Assembly: GCA_041753395.1 (NCBI GenBank)
Contig: JBGSUQ010000029.1
Span: 20,482 to 84,481 of the forward strand
From: Spirochaetota bacterium
GTDB lineage: Bacteria; Spirochaetota; UBA4802; UBA5550
Direction: 5' to 3'
DNA: 64,000 nucleotides
Positions 50,088-60,231 of this stretch are shown piece after piece (position 1 is the stretch's first letter; each line of letters starts with the position of its first letter). The notes beneath the pieces were generated by a model that saw only the letters and a list, made by a program, of their open reading frames with translations, searched no databases and was not told the origin of the DNA. Both the position numbers and the translations under genes were made by a program.

Positions 50088-51170
50088 CTACTTGTTCGTA
50101 TTTCTTCTATAACGGGCTGGTGATATGCCGATGAATTTGGTAAAGGCTTCATAAAATGCTGATTTGCTGTTAAAACCCACTGAATAGCAGATAGATGTTA
50201 TGGAACGATCCGGCTGGGTCTGCATGAGGTTGACCGCCTCATCCACGCGGTACCGGTTTATATAATAATTAAAACTGATACTCAGGTGTTTATTCAGGAA
50301 TTCCGACAGCTGGTGGGGCGATATGGAAAGCATGTCTGCAAGGCGCTTCAGGTTAAGGTCTTCGTCGCAATAGACTTTCTCCACCTTCATGAGATCGTCA
50401 AGGCGGCTCTTCATGGCCTCCACATCCAGGCCCTTGATCAGGGAGCGTTCGTATATATTCTTTCTGACCACGCTGGTGATAAGCTCGATCAGTTCGGGTT
50501 TGAGGTTTCCCACAAGAAATATGAACAAGAACGGGAATATCATAAGGATCATGATAATGCGCCCCAGGGTAATATTACGTGAAATAAAGGCGTACAGCAA
50601 TAGAATCGCGATAAGGAGTACCATAACAATGAATACCAGTGCTACCTGGTTGACTTTAACACTGAACTTCCTCTTTATCAGTGATATAAAATCCTCTTTA
50701 ATCAGAATGTATATATTATATATGATGAATATTATCGCGGCGGACATCATATAATAATAATTACCGGCAATAATAAATAAGCGTAATTCATGCCATGGAC
50801 CGCTCTCCGTCGAAGCCGTCAGGTACATGAAAATATCGATACAGGAGGATATACAGGCAGGCAGCAGGTGAAAGGCGTGCCTGAAACCGATAGTAAAATC
50901 CTTATAAAACAGCTTTTTATAGAAAAAGAAGATGGAAGGGCCCAGTAAAAACGCCACTGCCTGGCCACGCCAGAGTGACAATTCATGGTTCGGGACAGCA
51001 TACACACCTAAATAATACTGCTGAAACCCTATTAAGGAAATGCAGGAAAAAAAAATGAACAGCCAGATGTGTTTGCTGTCATGGAATATTTGCGAGAACT
51101 GGGCAATGGCCATGGTCAGGGCAAGGCTGCCGCCGAAAAAGAGCAGATGATTTAAAATTGTATCCACCAT
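50088..51170 (-). CDS. Membrane-anchored AraC-family regulator
   Basis: TM N-terminus (LLGPSIFF, HLLP); DEDLNL, PHQLSEFLN, INRYRVDEA, VGFNSKSAFY. Confidence 0.92.
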   Translation of the reverse strand: MVDTILNHLLFFGGSLALTMAIAQFSQIFHDSKHIWLFIFFSCISLIGFQQYYLGVYAVPNHELSLWRGQAVAFLLGPSIFFFYKKLFYKDFTIGFRHAFHLLPACISSCIDIFMYLTASTESGPWHELRLFIIAGNYYYMMSAAIIFIIYNIYILIKEDFISLIKRKFSVKVNQVALVFIVMVLLIAILLLYAFISRNITLGRIIMILMIFPFLFIFLVGNLKPELIELITSVVRKNIYERSLIKGLDVEAMKSRLDDLMKVEKVYCDEDLNLKRLADMLSISPHQLSEFLNKHLSISFNYYINRYRVDEAVNLMQTQPDRSITSICYSVGFNSKSAFYEAFTKFIGISPARYRRNTNK

Positions 51171-51542
51171 CAGGCAAGCTCCCCCGCGGCTTGATCAATC
51201 AAAGCAAAACGTCTTCGTCAATGATACTATTTATATTGAGATATGGCTAATTTGAATTAGATTTACTCAATTATGCGATCTAACAACCTGTCCTGTCAAT
51301 AGTAATTTAGCAGGAACAGTGCGGGTATTGAAAAACAGAATCAGCGGCTATACCGATCATACCATAAACGAAATCGCAATTTTGAACATAATTGATCGAA
51401 CATGTTTTTGATATTATTATTGACTTTATCATAATTAATGCTAATCTGTCACAGGTTTTTATATTGACAGTCCGAAGAACGATATCATTGGTATCCTAAA
51501 ATAATTAATTGCTTATCAGGAGATTGTCAGGTAGGAACATTC

Positions 51543-52487
51543 ATGAATAACCGTGCATTGAAATATAGCTGGATAATCATTTTTCTTTTATCGCTGTGCC
51601 TTTCCTGTTCTCTCAACAGGACTGCCATGAAAATGGTGGCCGATACCCTTTCGTCTACAACATCGGGCACGACCTTCACCGGTGAGGATGACCCTGAATT
51701 GGTGGGAGACGCCCTCCCCTTCGCCCTCAAACTCTTCGAGAGCCTGCTCGAAGGGGTAACGGACAATCCACAGCTCTACCTGGCCACGGGTAGCGGATTC
51801 ATCATGTACGCCAACGCCTATGTGCAGACGCCGGCTGACATGCTTCCCGACACGGATGTTGATAAAAAAAGCCAGATGGTTTCACGGGCGCGGAAGCTCT
51901 ATCTCCGGGGTCGGGACTACGTTCTTCAGGGTATCGAGGTCATCTACCCGGGATTTACCGCCTCGCTGGATAACGACACCTTCAAGGCGCGACTCGAGGG
52001 CATGAAATCCGATGACGTGCCCTTTCTCTACTGGACCGCCGCAGGCTGGATGGCCGCGTACGCCGCGGACCCCTTTGACGTAAGCATCGGCGTGGGCGTG
52101 AAAAAGGCGGCCGCAATGATGGAAACCGCCCTGCGCCTGAACGAATCGTACAGCAACGGCGCCATCCATGACTTTTTTATCTCATATTATGGTTCGCTAC
52201 CGCAGTCAATGGGCGGGAGCGAGGCAAAGGCGCGGCATCATTTCAAGAAGGCCGTGGAGCTGTCAAAGGGCCTCACCGCTTCGCCTTACGTGGCCCTGGC
52301 ATCGACGGTATCGGTCAGCAACCAGAACATACAGGAATTCACCGAGCTGCTCAACAAGGCACTGGCTATTGACGTATCAAAAAAGACCGGGAACCGCCTT
52401 GCCAACATAATCGCCCAGCGAAAGGCGCAATGGCTCCTGGACCACAGGGACGACCGGTTCCTCTCAGACACGAAAGAAGGAGAATAG
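51543..52487 (+). CDS. TRAP-T/TPAT TatT component (TPR-like lipoprotein)
   Basis: Lipobox CLSC; EDDPELVGDALPFALK, YANAYV, LYWTAAGW, GG....ARHHF, NIIAQRKAQWLL. Confidence 0.88.
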   Translation: MNNRALKYSWIIIFLLSLCLSCSLNRTAMKMVADTLSSTTSGTTFTGEDDPELVGDALPFALKLFESLLEGVTDNPQLYLATGSGFIMYANAYVQTPADMLPDTDVDKKSQMVSRARKLYLRGRDYVLQGIEVIYPGFTASLDNDTFKARLEGMKSDDVPFLYWTAAGWMAAYAADPFDVSIGVGVKKAAAMMETALRLNESYSNGAIHDFFISYYGSLPQSMGGSEAKARHHFKKAVELSKGLTASPYVALASTVSVSNQNIQEFTELLNKALAIDVSKKTGNRLANIIAQRKAQWLLDHRDDRFLSDTKEGE

Positions 52488-52490
52488 AAA

Positions 52491-53486
52491 ATGAAACATA
52501 TCATAAAAGGCTTTCTAACACTCATCATGGCCGCTGCCATATCGATGCCGGTATTTTCCCTCACCATCAAGGTTGGTAGCATCGCCCCTACCGGTTCACC
52601 GTGGGACAAGGCACTTAAAAAGATCGCCGCTGAATGGAAGACTATTTCCGGCGGCACAATCGACATGAAGATATACCCGGGCGGCATCGTCGGCAACGAG
52701 CCTGACATGATCCGTAAAATGCGCATCGGCCAGCTTCAGGCCGCCATCTTCACCGGTATGGGAATGAGCTACATCTCGCCGGAGGTCTTCTCCCTCAGCC
52801 TCGCCTTCCTGGTAAGGAACGACGAGGAGCTCGATTTTTTAATGAAAAAAACCAAGCCGCACTTCAACAGGCTCATGGAAAAAAAGGGTTTCGTGGCGCT
52901 GGTCTGGTCCAAGGCGGGCTGGGTCAATTTCTTTTCCACAAAGCCCGTCATATACCCGCGCGATCTGAAACCCCTCAAGCTGTCTGTCGCTGAGGGGGAT
53001 GCCGAAATCCTTCAGTCATGGCGCGTCATGGGCTACAACGCCATCCCTCTGTCAACAAACGACCTGATGACCTCGCTGCAGAACGGGATGATCGAAGCCT
53101 TCTACGCCCCCCCGCTGGTGACCGCCTCCTTCCAGTGGTTCGGCATCGCCAGGCATATGTGCGCCATCAGGATTGCCCCGATGATTGGCGGGCTCGTTAT
53201 CACCCAAAAAACCTGGGAACAGGTACCTGCGGAAATAAGGCCGAAGCTTGTAAACTCCGCCCAGAAAATTGTTGACAACCTGTACATAGAAACGAATGCT
53301 CTCGAAAAAAAGGCAATCGACACGATGCTCAAGCACGGCCTGAAGATCCATGACGTTCCTCCCGAAGCGACAAAACTCTGGCAGAAGGAAGGGCTCAAAG
53401 GCTATGACACATATGTGGGGAAGACCTTTTCCAAGGACCTCCTGAAGCAATTGCAGGACTATGTGAAAGAATACCGTAATAAATAA
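52491..53486 (+). CDS. dctP: TRAP substrate-binding protein DctP (TatP)
   Basis: IKVGSIAPTGSPW, IYPGGIVGNE..MIRKMRIGQLQ, SLQNGMIEA. Confidence 0.92.
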   Translation: MKHIIKGFLTLIMAAAISMPVFSLTIKVGSIAPTGSPWDKALKKIAAEWKTISGGTIDMKIYPGGIVGNEPDMIRKMRIGQLQAAIFTGMGMSYISPEVFSLSLAFLVRNDEELDFLMKKTKPHFNRLMEKKGFVALVWSKAGWVNFFSTKPVIYPRDLKPLKLSVAEGDAEILQSWRVMGYNAIPLSTNDLMTSLQNGMIEAFYAPPLVTASFQWFGIARHMCAIRIAPMIGGLVITQKTWEQVPAEIRPKLVNSAQKIVDNLYIETNALEKKAIDTMLKHGLKIHDVPPEATKLWQKEGLKGYDTYVGKTFSKDLLKQLQDYVKEYRNK

Positions 53487-55366
53487 TGATACTGAAAAAA
53501 ATCACCTCTCTTCTAAGCAGGGCGGAGAATTATATTGCCTTTGCAACGCTCATATTGCTTGCCCTCATTCCGGTACTTGAGGTTATCGCACGGAAACTGT
53601 TAAAAACGGGCATACCGAATTCCAGCGACTACCTCCAGCACCTCGTCCTGTGGCTGACCTTTATCGGTGGCATGATCACGTCGCGGGAGCGCAAACACCT
53701 GTCACTGGCAGCGGGGGTCGCCGCGATCAAGGAGCCGGTCCGAAAATGGATACTCGCGGTAACAGGCGCCGTATCAACCGCCATCTGTTCCGCTTTTGCC
53801 TGGTCTTCACTTTCGATGGTACTAATAGGGTTCGATCCCGCCAAGCAGATCGGCCTGTTCCCCATCAGGCTCGTCACGGCCATCATGCCGATAGGTTACG
53901 CCGTCATGTGTGTCCGCTTTGTGACAACGGCCCCGACGCACCGGGCGGGCAAAATAATTATTGCCCTTGGCATCCTGGTTGGAACCTTTTTCTCATTCCC
54001 GCAGATAGGCAACATCATCGTGTCATTTTTCCCCGATGCCGCCGCCACAACTGACATTATTGCGCAAACATCCCATTCCCTGGTTGCGACCCTGTCGCTC
54101 CCGATAATCATACTGCTGATCGCGGCGGCCTTTTTCGACACCCCGGTCTTTATCGTTCTGGGGGGACTGGCATACCTCTTCTTTATCCGTTCCGGTGGCC
54201 AGCTCGAGGTCATCCCAAATGAGGCCTACACGATGCTCATCAGCAGTCCGCTGCCGGCAATACCGCTCTTCGCCTTCGCCGGTCTCATACTCTCGGAAAG
54301 CAAGGCCGGCGAACGTCTCATCGAGCTCTTCAAGGCCCTTCTCGGCTGGCTCCCGGGCGGCATGGCCATCGTGGTGGTCATGGTATGCGCCTTTTTCACC
54401 ACCTTCACGGGCGCGTCCGGGGTCACCATCCTGGCACTGGGCGGGCTTCTGTACGTGATTCTGACGCAAAGCGGCGGGTACAAAGAGAATTTTACAACAG
54501 GACTCCTCACCGCGTCGGGAAGCATCGGCCTGCTGTTCCCCCCGAGCCTGCCGGTGATCCTCTACGGCGTAGTCGCCCAGATAAGCATCAAGCAGATGTA
54601 CGCCGGCGGCATCATCCCGGGTGTATTCATGATAGTCGCACTTTCGATTATGGGAATCATCGCGGCGGTCCGCGGCAAGATACCCCGGGTCCCCTTTCAC
54701 GGGAGGGGGGCCTTAACGGCAATACGGAAATCCATATGGGAACTCCTCCTGCCGGTCATGATATTTGCAGGGTTCTTCTCCGGCCTTACGACGCTGGTGG
54801 AGATCGGCGCCATCACGGTTGTATACTCCCTGTTTATAACCATGGTGGCCCACCGTGACCTGCGCATCCGCGACCTCCCGGGGGTCATGCTCAAGTGCCT
54901 GCCGATAATCGGCGGCATCCTTGTCATCCTTGCCCTGGCAAAGGGGCTTTCTTATTACATAGTCGATGCGGAAATCCCGCAAAACCTAGCGCAGTGGATT
55001 CAGGCGCACATTCATTCAAAGATCGTGTTCCTGATCCTGCTCAATATCGCCCTTCTCATAACCGGTTGTTTTCTCGATATTTATTCAGCAATTCTGGTAG
55101 TGGTCCCCCTCATCATACCCCTGGGAGAAATTTTCCAAATCCATCCGGTCCACCTGGGTATCATCTTCCTCGCCAATCTTGAACTCGGATACCTGACACC
55201 GCCGGTGGGCCTGAACCTCTACCTGTCATCATATCTGTTCAACAAGCCACTGGTGAACATCTACCGGTATGTGCTGCCTTTCCTGCTGCTGCTTCTGGTG
55301 ACCGTCATTGTCATCACCTACGTGCCCTGGATGTCAACAGCCCTGATAGATCTGGTGGGAGAATAG
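53486..55366 (+). CDS. dctM: TRAP transporter fused small/large permease DctQM
   Basis: DctQ-like N-terminus; AIPLF, TGASGVTI, GSIGLLFPPS, ELGYLTPPVGLNL. Confidence 0.92.
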   Translation: MILKKITSLLSRAENYIAFATLILLALIPVLEVIARKLLKTGIPNSSDYLQHLVLWLTFIGGMITSRERKHLSLAAGVAAIKEPVRKWILAVTGAVSTAICSAFAWSSLSMVLIGFDPAKQIGLFPIRLVTAIMPIGYAVMCVRFVTTAPTHRAGKIIIALGILVGTFFSFPQIGNIIVSFFPDAAATTDIIAQTSHSLVATLSLPIIILLIAAAFFDTPVFIVLGGLAYLFFIRSGGQLEVIPNEAYTMLISSPLPAIPLFAFAGLILSESKAGERLIELFKALLGWLPGGMAIVVVMVCAFFTTFTGASGVTILALGGLLYVILTQSGGYKENFTTGLLTASGSIGLLFPPSLPVILYGVVAQISIKQMYAGGIIPGVFMIVALSIMGIIAAVRGKIPRVPFHGRGALTAIRKSIWELLLPVMIFAGFFSGLTTLVEIGAITVVYSLFITMVAHRDLRIRDLPGVMLKCLPIIGGILVILALAKGLSYYIVDAEIPQNLAQWIQAHIHSKIVFLILLNIALLITGCFLDIYSAILVVVPLIIPLGEIFQIHPVHLGIIFLANLELGYLTPPVGLNLYLSSYLFNKPLVNIYRYVLPFLLLLLVTVIVITYVPWMSTALIDLVGE

Positions 55367-55381
55367 AGGTTTATTCACGAC

Positions 55382-55433
55382 CCCCCTAAATCCCACTTCG
55401 GCAGGCTCAGTGCGGCGCCCTGTGGGGGACTTT
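55382..55433. repeat. Composite REP-like element, left half; supplies the rlmKL stop codon
   Basis: CCCCCTAAATCCCACTTCGGCAGGCTCAGTGCGGCGCCCTGTGGGGGACTTT, near-identical to 48276-48327. Confidence 0.8.
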
Positions 55434-57623
55434 AGGCTTTTTCTCATTAACATGGCTCCGCACCTGTATCTTCCAGCAGGAGTGTATCCGCTGGTTCCGC
55501 TCGAAATCACGGGGAATTGTTTCCCCCGTGATATCTTCCGCTGAAAGCCCGGAGAGGGCCCCAATATCCATCTTGAACTTTGTACGGTTGGTGCTAAATA
55601 CGAGAATCCCCCCCGGCGCCAGGAGCTTCGCCGTGTCAGTGATGAGCGACGCGTGGTCCCTCTGCACGTCGAAGGTACCCCGCATGCGCTTTGAGTTGGA
55701 AAAGGTGGGGGGATCGAGAAAAATGAGATCAAAGCGGTCAGCGCATTCCCTGATCCATTCACGGCAGTCGGCCTGCTCAAGGCGGTGCTGTTTCCCCCTG
55801 ATGCCGTTCAACTCCAGGTTGCGCCTGGCCCATTCAAGGTACGTTGCCGAGAGGTCAACCGATACCGTGGACCGCACCCCCCCCATTGCGGCATAAACTG
55901 TGGCCGCGCCGGTATAGCAAAAGAGGTTAAGAAAGCGCTTCCCACCGGCCATGGAGCCAATCATGGCCCGGGTGAGGCGGTGGTCGAGGAACAAGCCCGT
56001 GTCGAGATAATCCGTGAGATTGACCAGGAACCGGCAGGAACCCTCGGCCACCTCCATATACTTTCCCCGGCCGTCCTGCTTTTCATACTGGCTCTTTCCC
56101 TTCTGCCTGCGCCGTACTTTTAGTATGATACGCTCCCCGGCAATGCCGAGGGATTCAGGCAGTACCGCGATGACATCATTAAGCCTGGCCTCGGCTTTTG
56201 AAGCATCAACAGATGATGGTGCGGCATATTCCTGCACATGGACCCACTCTCCGTACCGGTCGATGGCCACGGCGTACTCGGGCAAATCGGCATCATAGAG
56301 ACGGTAGCAGGTGATCCCCTCCCGGGCGGCCCACTTCCCGATGGTCCTCATATTCTTGGTGATGCGGTTCATGAAGGCCCCGGCGCCGCGCTCCATGGCC
56401 CGTTCAAGTTTTATCTGCACTTTACGCGAATCAAGAGCGGCGCGGTCGACATAGCTCTCCTGCGCAATGCGGAACTGGAGCAATCGGCACTCCAGGGGCC
56501 CGTTATAGAAAACGTTCGTCTTGTGGGCCCGCAGACCCATACGCTTACCGAGCTCCGGCTCTCCCGTGATGACCGCGGCCTGCCACCCAGGGAACCTTGC
56601 CTTAAGCGTGTCCCCCAACTCCTCGTAAAGAGGCCCCAGTTCCCGCGGATCTCCCATGCGCTTTCCATATGGAGGATTGGTCAGAACGAGTCCTGGCTTC
56701 AGGTCCGGTAGTGGTTCAGCTGCCTTCATCTGTCGTTTTTCAAAATATACAATGGATTCAACATGGGCACGCTTCGCGTTAAAACGTGCCATTTTAAGGG
56801 ACTCCCTGTCGTTGTCGAAGCCAAGGCACTTCGGCGCCCGCGAAAGACCGCTTTCCATCCGCGACATCGCCTCTTCCAGCAGATCTTTCCACATAGCGTC
56901 ATCGTATTCCAGCCAGCTCCGAAAACCCCAGCGCTGCCGATGCAGCCCTGGCGCCATATCGGCAGCCATGAGGGCCGCTTCGATCACAAGGGTGCCGGAC
57001 CCGCATAACGGGTCAAGAAACGATCCCCCGGCGCCGGCTACGGCCGGCCACCCCGCCTTGAAAAGCAGGGCAGCCGCGAGATTCTCCCGTATGGGCGCCG
57101 CCCCTGACTCCAGGCGGTAGCCCCGGGCGTGCAGTCCGCCGCCGGAGAGGTCGATGCGCACCTCCAGTCCGTTCCGCGACAAGTGGCAGTTGACAAGGAA
57201 ATCAGGCTCCTTTGCATTTATAGAGGGGCGCTTTCCCCGGCGGTCGCGGAGCCGGTCAACAATCGCGTCCTTTACCAGCTGCGCTCCGTACATGGTGTTG
57301 TCGATGCCGGCGCCTGTTCCGCTGAAATCCACGGCAATAGTGGCGCCCGGCGCCACCTGTTCCTCCCATGGGACCGAGTGAACGGCGTCGTAGATATCAC
57401 CACTCTTCTCCACTCTGCTCAAGGCGAGAATATGGTAGATCCTGCTGGCAGTGCGCGACCAGAGGCACACCCGGAGGGCCTCTGGTAGGGATCCGGAAAA
57501 ATGCACGCCCCCGGAGGTTTCTCTACAGGCCAGGGCGCCGAGGCCCCGCAGCTCTTCCGCAAGGATTGGCTCTACCCCTTTAGGGGCTGAGGCGAAAAGA
57601 TTATTAGAATGCAATTGTTTCAC
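55407..57623 (-). CDS. rlmKL: Bifunctional 23S rRNA m2G2445/m7G2069 methyltransferase RlmKL
   Basis: LWSRTASRI, LHARGYR..APIRENLAAA, DPLCGSGT, NPPYG, YRLYDADLPEY, DYLDTGLFLDHR, DPPTFSNSK; GTG start overlaps the upstream remnant stop (GTGA). Confidence 0.95.
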   Translation of the reverse strand: MKQLHSNNLFASAPKGVEPILAEELRGLGALACRETSGGVHFSGSLPEALRVCLWSRTASRIYHILALSRVEKSGDIYDAVHSVPWEEQVAPGATIAVDFSGTGAGIDNTMYGAQLVKDAIVDRLRDRRGKRPSINAKEPDFLVNCHLSRNGLEVRIDLSGGGLHARGYRLESGAAPIRENLAAALLFKAGWPAVAGAGGSFLDPLCGSGTLVIEAALMAADMAPGLHRQRWGFRSWLEYDDAMWKDLLEEAMSRMESGLSRAPKCLGFDNDRESLKMARFNAKRAHVESIVYFEKRQMKAAEPLPDLKPGLVLTNPPYGKRMGDPRELGPLYEELGDTLKARFPGWQAAVITGEPELGKRMGLRAHKTNVFYNGPLECRLLQFRIAQESYVDRAALDSRKVQIKLERAMERGAGAFMNRITKNMRTIGKWAAREGITCYRLYDADLPEYAVAIDRYGEWVHVQEYAAPSSVDASKAEARLNDVIAVLPESLGIAGERIILKVRRRQKGKSQYEKQDGRGKYMEVAEGSCRFLVNLTDYLDTGLFLDHRLTRAMIGSMAGGKRFLNLFCYTGAATVYAAMGGVRSTVSVDLSATYLEWARRNLELNGIRGKQHRLEQADCREWIRECADRFDLIFLDPPTFSNSKRMRGTFDVQRDHASLITDTAKLLAPGGILVFSTNRTKFKMDIGALSGLSAEDITGETIPRDFERNQRIHSCWKIQVRSHVNEKKPKVPHRAPH

Positions 57624-58192
57624 TCGATAAGATTGTTGGTTATCACGTAATGGGTAAGCTCGGCGTTGTTCTTCATGTCCATCTTCTCCATGATGCGCTG
57701 CCGGTAGGTCTATATCCACCGCCGTAGCATTAGCATGGCGAATGATATTTGTCAACGATTCCTGGACTATGCGGTAAATATTAATCGATATCTTTTCATT
57801 GAGTACAGGCTCCTCTGTGCCGCATGAGACGCGGCAGGCGATGCCGCTCCGCTTCTCGAATTCCCCTGCAGGCGGTCCATATCATATCCGGCCATTTCTT
57901 TCATGGCCGGATTGACGTCCGTCATGGTCCTGTCAGCAGCTGAAATAAATATGGCGTCGCGGGACTTCTCAAAGAGGGCGCGGTATTTTGTTTCGCACTC
58001 TATGAGCCGGCGGTCGATCCAGTTACGATGGAGCGATGTTTCGATGGTCGTGTATAGATCACGCTCGCTGAAGGGCTTGACGAAATACCCATAGGGCTCC
58101 GTCACCCTGGCACGGTTGAACGACGATTCGTCCGACATGGCCATCGCTTCAACGGCTTCATTCTCAACAATGAAGAGTTTGATCTTCTCCAT
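57620..58192 (-). pseudogene. Collapsed two-component operon remnant (REC + PAS + NarX/UhpB-type kinase + LuxR HTH fragments)
   Basis: REC fragments LFIVENEAVEAM/AMSDESSFNRARVTEPYGYFVKPF; PAS start KYRALFEKSRDAIF; kinase EFEKRSGIAC..IYRIVQESLTNIIRHANA (57863-57710); LuxR TYRQRIMEKMDMKNNAELTHYVI* (57709-57620). Confidence 0.85.
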
Positions 58193-58498
58193 ATATGATT
58201 TTTATCAGCAACTACTGTATCGGTCAATGAAAAAACATTATGCGGCTGGAGCTAGCCAGTTCGTCCCCAATAGAAAACATCAATCTGGATTATGGTGCGT
58301 CAGAAAAAAGCCTCACGGCCTGCGAAACTAGTTTTTATACTTTGATGTTCAAAACATCCTCGGCCGCTCGGCTCTTTTTTCTGACGCTTATTAGTTATAT
58401 CCATATTGCTTCAAGCAGGAGTGCTGAGTGGAGAAGCCCGCAAGCAAGCTCGTCGGGATAGCCACGGACATTGAATTCAATCGCCAAACCACCATACA

Positions 58499-58861
58499 TC
58501 ATAAAGAGTTTGTGCGGTATTTAATGAAGGAAAAGATCTTTCTGGATTTGAGGTACTCCATGTCGTGCATCCGGTCAAAGGCCTCCCGCTCGAAGATGAT
58601 GTTCCGGTAAGCATCATGCCAGGTCATACCCCGCAGGCGGCCCGAGATGAAGGAAATCACGTACCAGACAGCGAACACCACCAGGAGGAGCTCGGCCTGC
58701 TGCCGGATATGAATCTTTTCATGGTTGATTGTGATCATGGCTTCGGCCGTTCCGCGGATCTCCTTCCTCAAAATTATAAAGGGGAACAGTGTCAGCCCGG
58801 TAATATCGGGGAACCAGGGCACAAGGAAGCGGATCAGTCGCGTGCTGAAGATTACTATCAT
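58499..58861 (-). CDS. Small membrane protein with HExxH motif
   Basis: GLTLFPFI, INHEKIHIRQQ, AYRNIIFEREA; ATGA overlap with upstream gene. Confidence 0.8.
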   Translation of the reverse strand: MIVIFSTRLIRFLVPWFPDITGLTLFPFIILRKEIRGTAEAMITINHEKIHIRQQAELLLVVFAVWYVISFISGRLRGMTWHDAYRNIIFEREAFDRMHDMEYLKSRKIFSFIKYRTNSL

Positions 58862-59250
58862 GGTTGTGAAGGGGTCACCCTCGGGAAAGACTCGCCGGTA
58901 ACGGGGCATCCCGCGATGATAAGGAGACGAAGCCTGTCAAGGGACCTGCATTCGTTTTTGCGGCATTTTCCGTCGCTATCGACCGCGGGGTAATTTTTTT
59001 TGTAGCTGTCGAGGGACTGGTATAATTCTATCCGCCTCTTGCGGTACTCGTTCATTTCCCTTTTTTTCCTGGACCGGGCCTGAGTGCTCAAATTGTGCCA
59101 CTTGGCTGTTGAAGGCTTAAGCTCATCGTTTTCCTTCAGGCATTTTTCTGACATGTTTTCAATTTTTGACTGGCCCCACCTGGCCCCCACGGTCACGCAG
59201 GCAGTCATGAAAACCAGGGTTATGATGGCGGATAGTATCACTCGTTTCAT
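58858..59250 (-). CDS. Hypothetical lipoprotein
   Basis: GAGGA RBS; MKRVILSAIITLVFMTAC lipoprotein signal. Confidence 0.7.
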   Translation of the reverse strand: MKRVILSAIITLVFMTACVTVGARWGQSKIENMSEKCLKENDELKPSTAKWHNLSTQARSRKKREMNEYRKRRIELYQSLDSYKKNYPAVDSDGKCRKNECRSLDRLRLLIIAGCPVTGESFPRVTPSQP

Positions 59251-59328
59251 TATATAGTCCTCTCATTTGCAACGGTCATGTATTCTTCACCCATCCTTTT
59301 TTTATATATCATTCATGATAACTGATAT

Positions 59329-60231
59329 TTAGACTATGGGATGAGATTCTTCAGTCAATCTTTTTTTACCCGCACCGGCATCTATGCCCGCCATGGCGGC
59401 GGTGATTTCCCAGAGCCTGGCGCCAAAGGCCTCGCCACCGGGAACTTTCGGATCCTTTCTCTTCATGAAGCGCCAGTACGTGCCGCTCAGGCCTTCCACG
59501 TCGGGAGATGACGCCAGGTATATCGCGGTACGGGCCGCCCTGTCCGGCTTCGGGAAGGTGAGCTGTATGATTGCATCCGCTATCCGCGCCAGGAGCCCCG
59601 GCTTCTTCGCAATGCCGGACGCGATCGGTCCCGGGTCAACGGCATTCACGGTGACCCCGCTCCCCTCCAGGCGCCGGGCCAGCTCAAGGGTAAAATACAC
59701 GATCCCAAGCTTTGACCTGCCATAGGCGCCCATCAGGCTGTAGCGCTTCGCGCGTCCCTCCATATCATCAAGGTCGAGGTCCGCGATCCTGTGCGTGTCC
59801 GAGGACACATTCACGATCCGGGCCGGAGAGCTTTCGATGATCCTGTCGAGGAGAAGGTTCGTCATGGTATACATGGCCAGGTAGTTGACCGCGAAGGTTT
59901 CCTCGATGCCCTCTGCGGATTCGCGGTAATAGCGGTTCACCAGACCGGCGTTGTTCACCAGAAGGTGAAGCGGCCGTTTCCATGCCAAAAATTCTGCTGC
60001 AGTGCGCCGTATATCCGAAAGCGATGACAGGTCACAGATGAGCACGTCCGGAGACTTACCCGTCTCGGCCCCGATCTCGCTCTGCACACGCCTGCATTTA
60101 TCGGAGCTCCGTCCCAGCAGGATAATATCCGCCCCCAGACGCGCCAGGGCCTTCGCAACCGCTTCTCCATGGCCGTTTGTCGCCCCGGTGATGAGGCATG
60201 TTCTACCGCCAAGATCAGCGCTGTTACCCAT
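59329..60231 (-). CDS. Short-chain dehydrogenase/reductase (retinol-DH/WWOX-like)
   Basis: ITGATNGHG, LVNNAG, RIVNVSS, YGRSK, AVDPG; GGAGGAG RBS. Confidence 0.92.
   Translation of the reverse strand: MGNSADLGGRTCLITGATNGHGEAVAKALARLGADIILLGRSSDKCRRVQSEIGAETGKSPDVLICDLSSLSDIRRTAAEFLAWKRPLHLLVNNAGLVNRYYRESAEGIEETFAVNYLAMYTMTNLLLDRIIESSPARIVNVSSDTHRIADLDLDDMEGRAKRYSLMGAYGRSKLGIVYFTLELARRLEGSGVTVNAVDPGPIASGIAKKPGLLARIADAIIQLTFPKPDRAARTAIYLASSPDVEGLSGTYWRFMKRKDPKVPGGEAFGARLWEITAAMAGIDAGAGKKRLTEESHPIV

Noticed and set aside
57624-57755. N-terminal extension of RlmKL in the ORF track
   Set aside because: It is kinase and LuxR remnant sequence; the GTGA overlap supports a start at 57623
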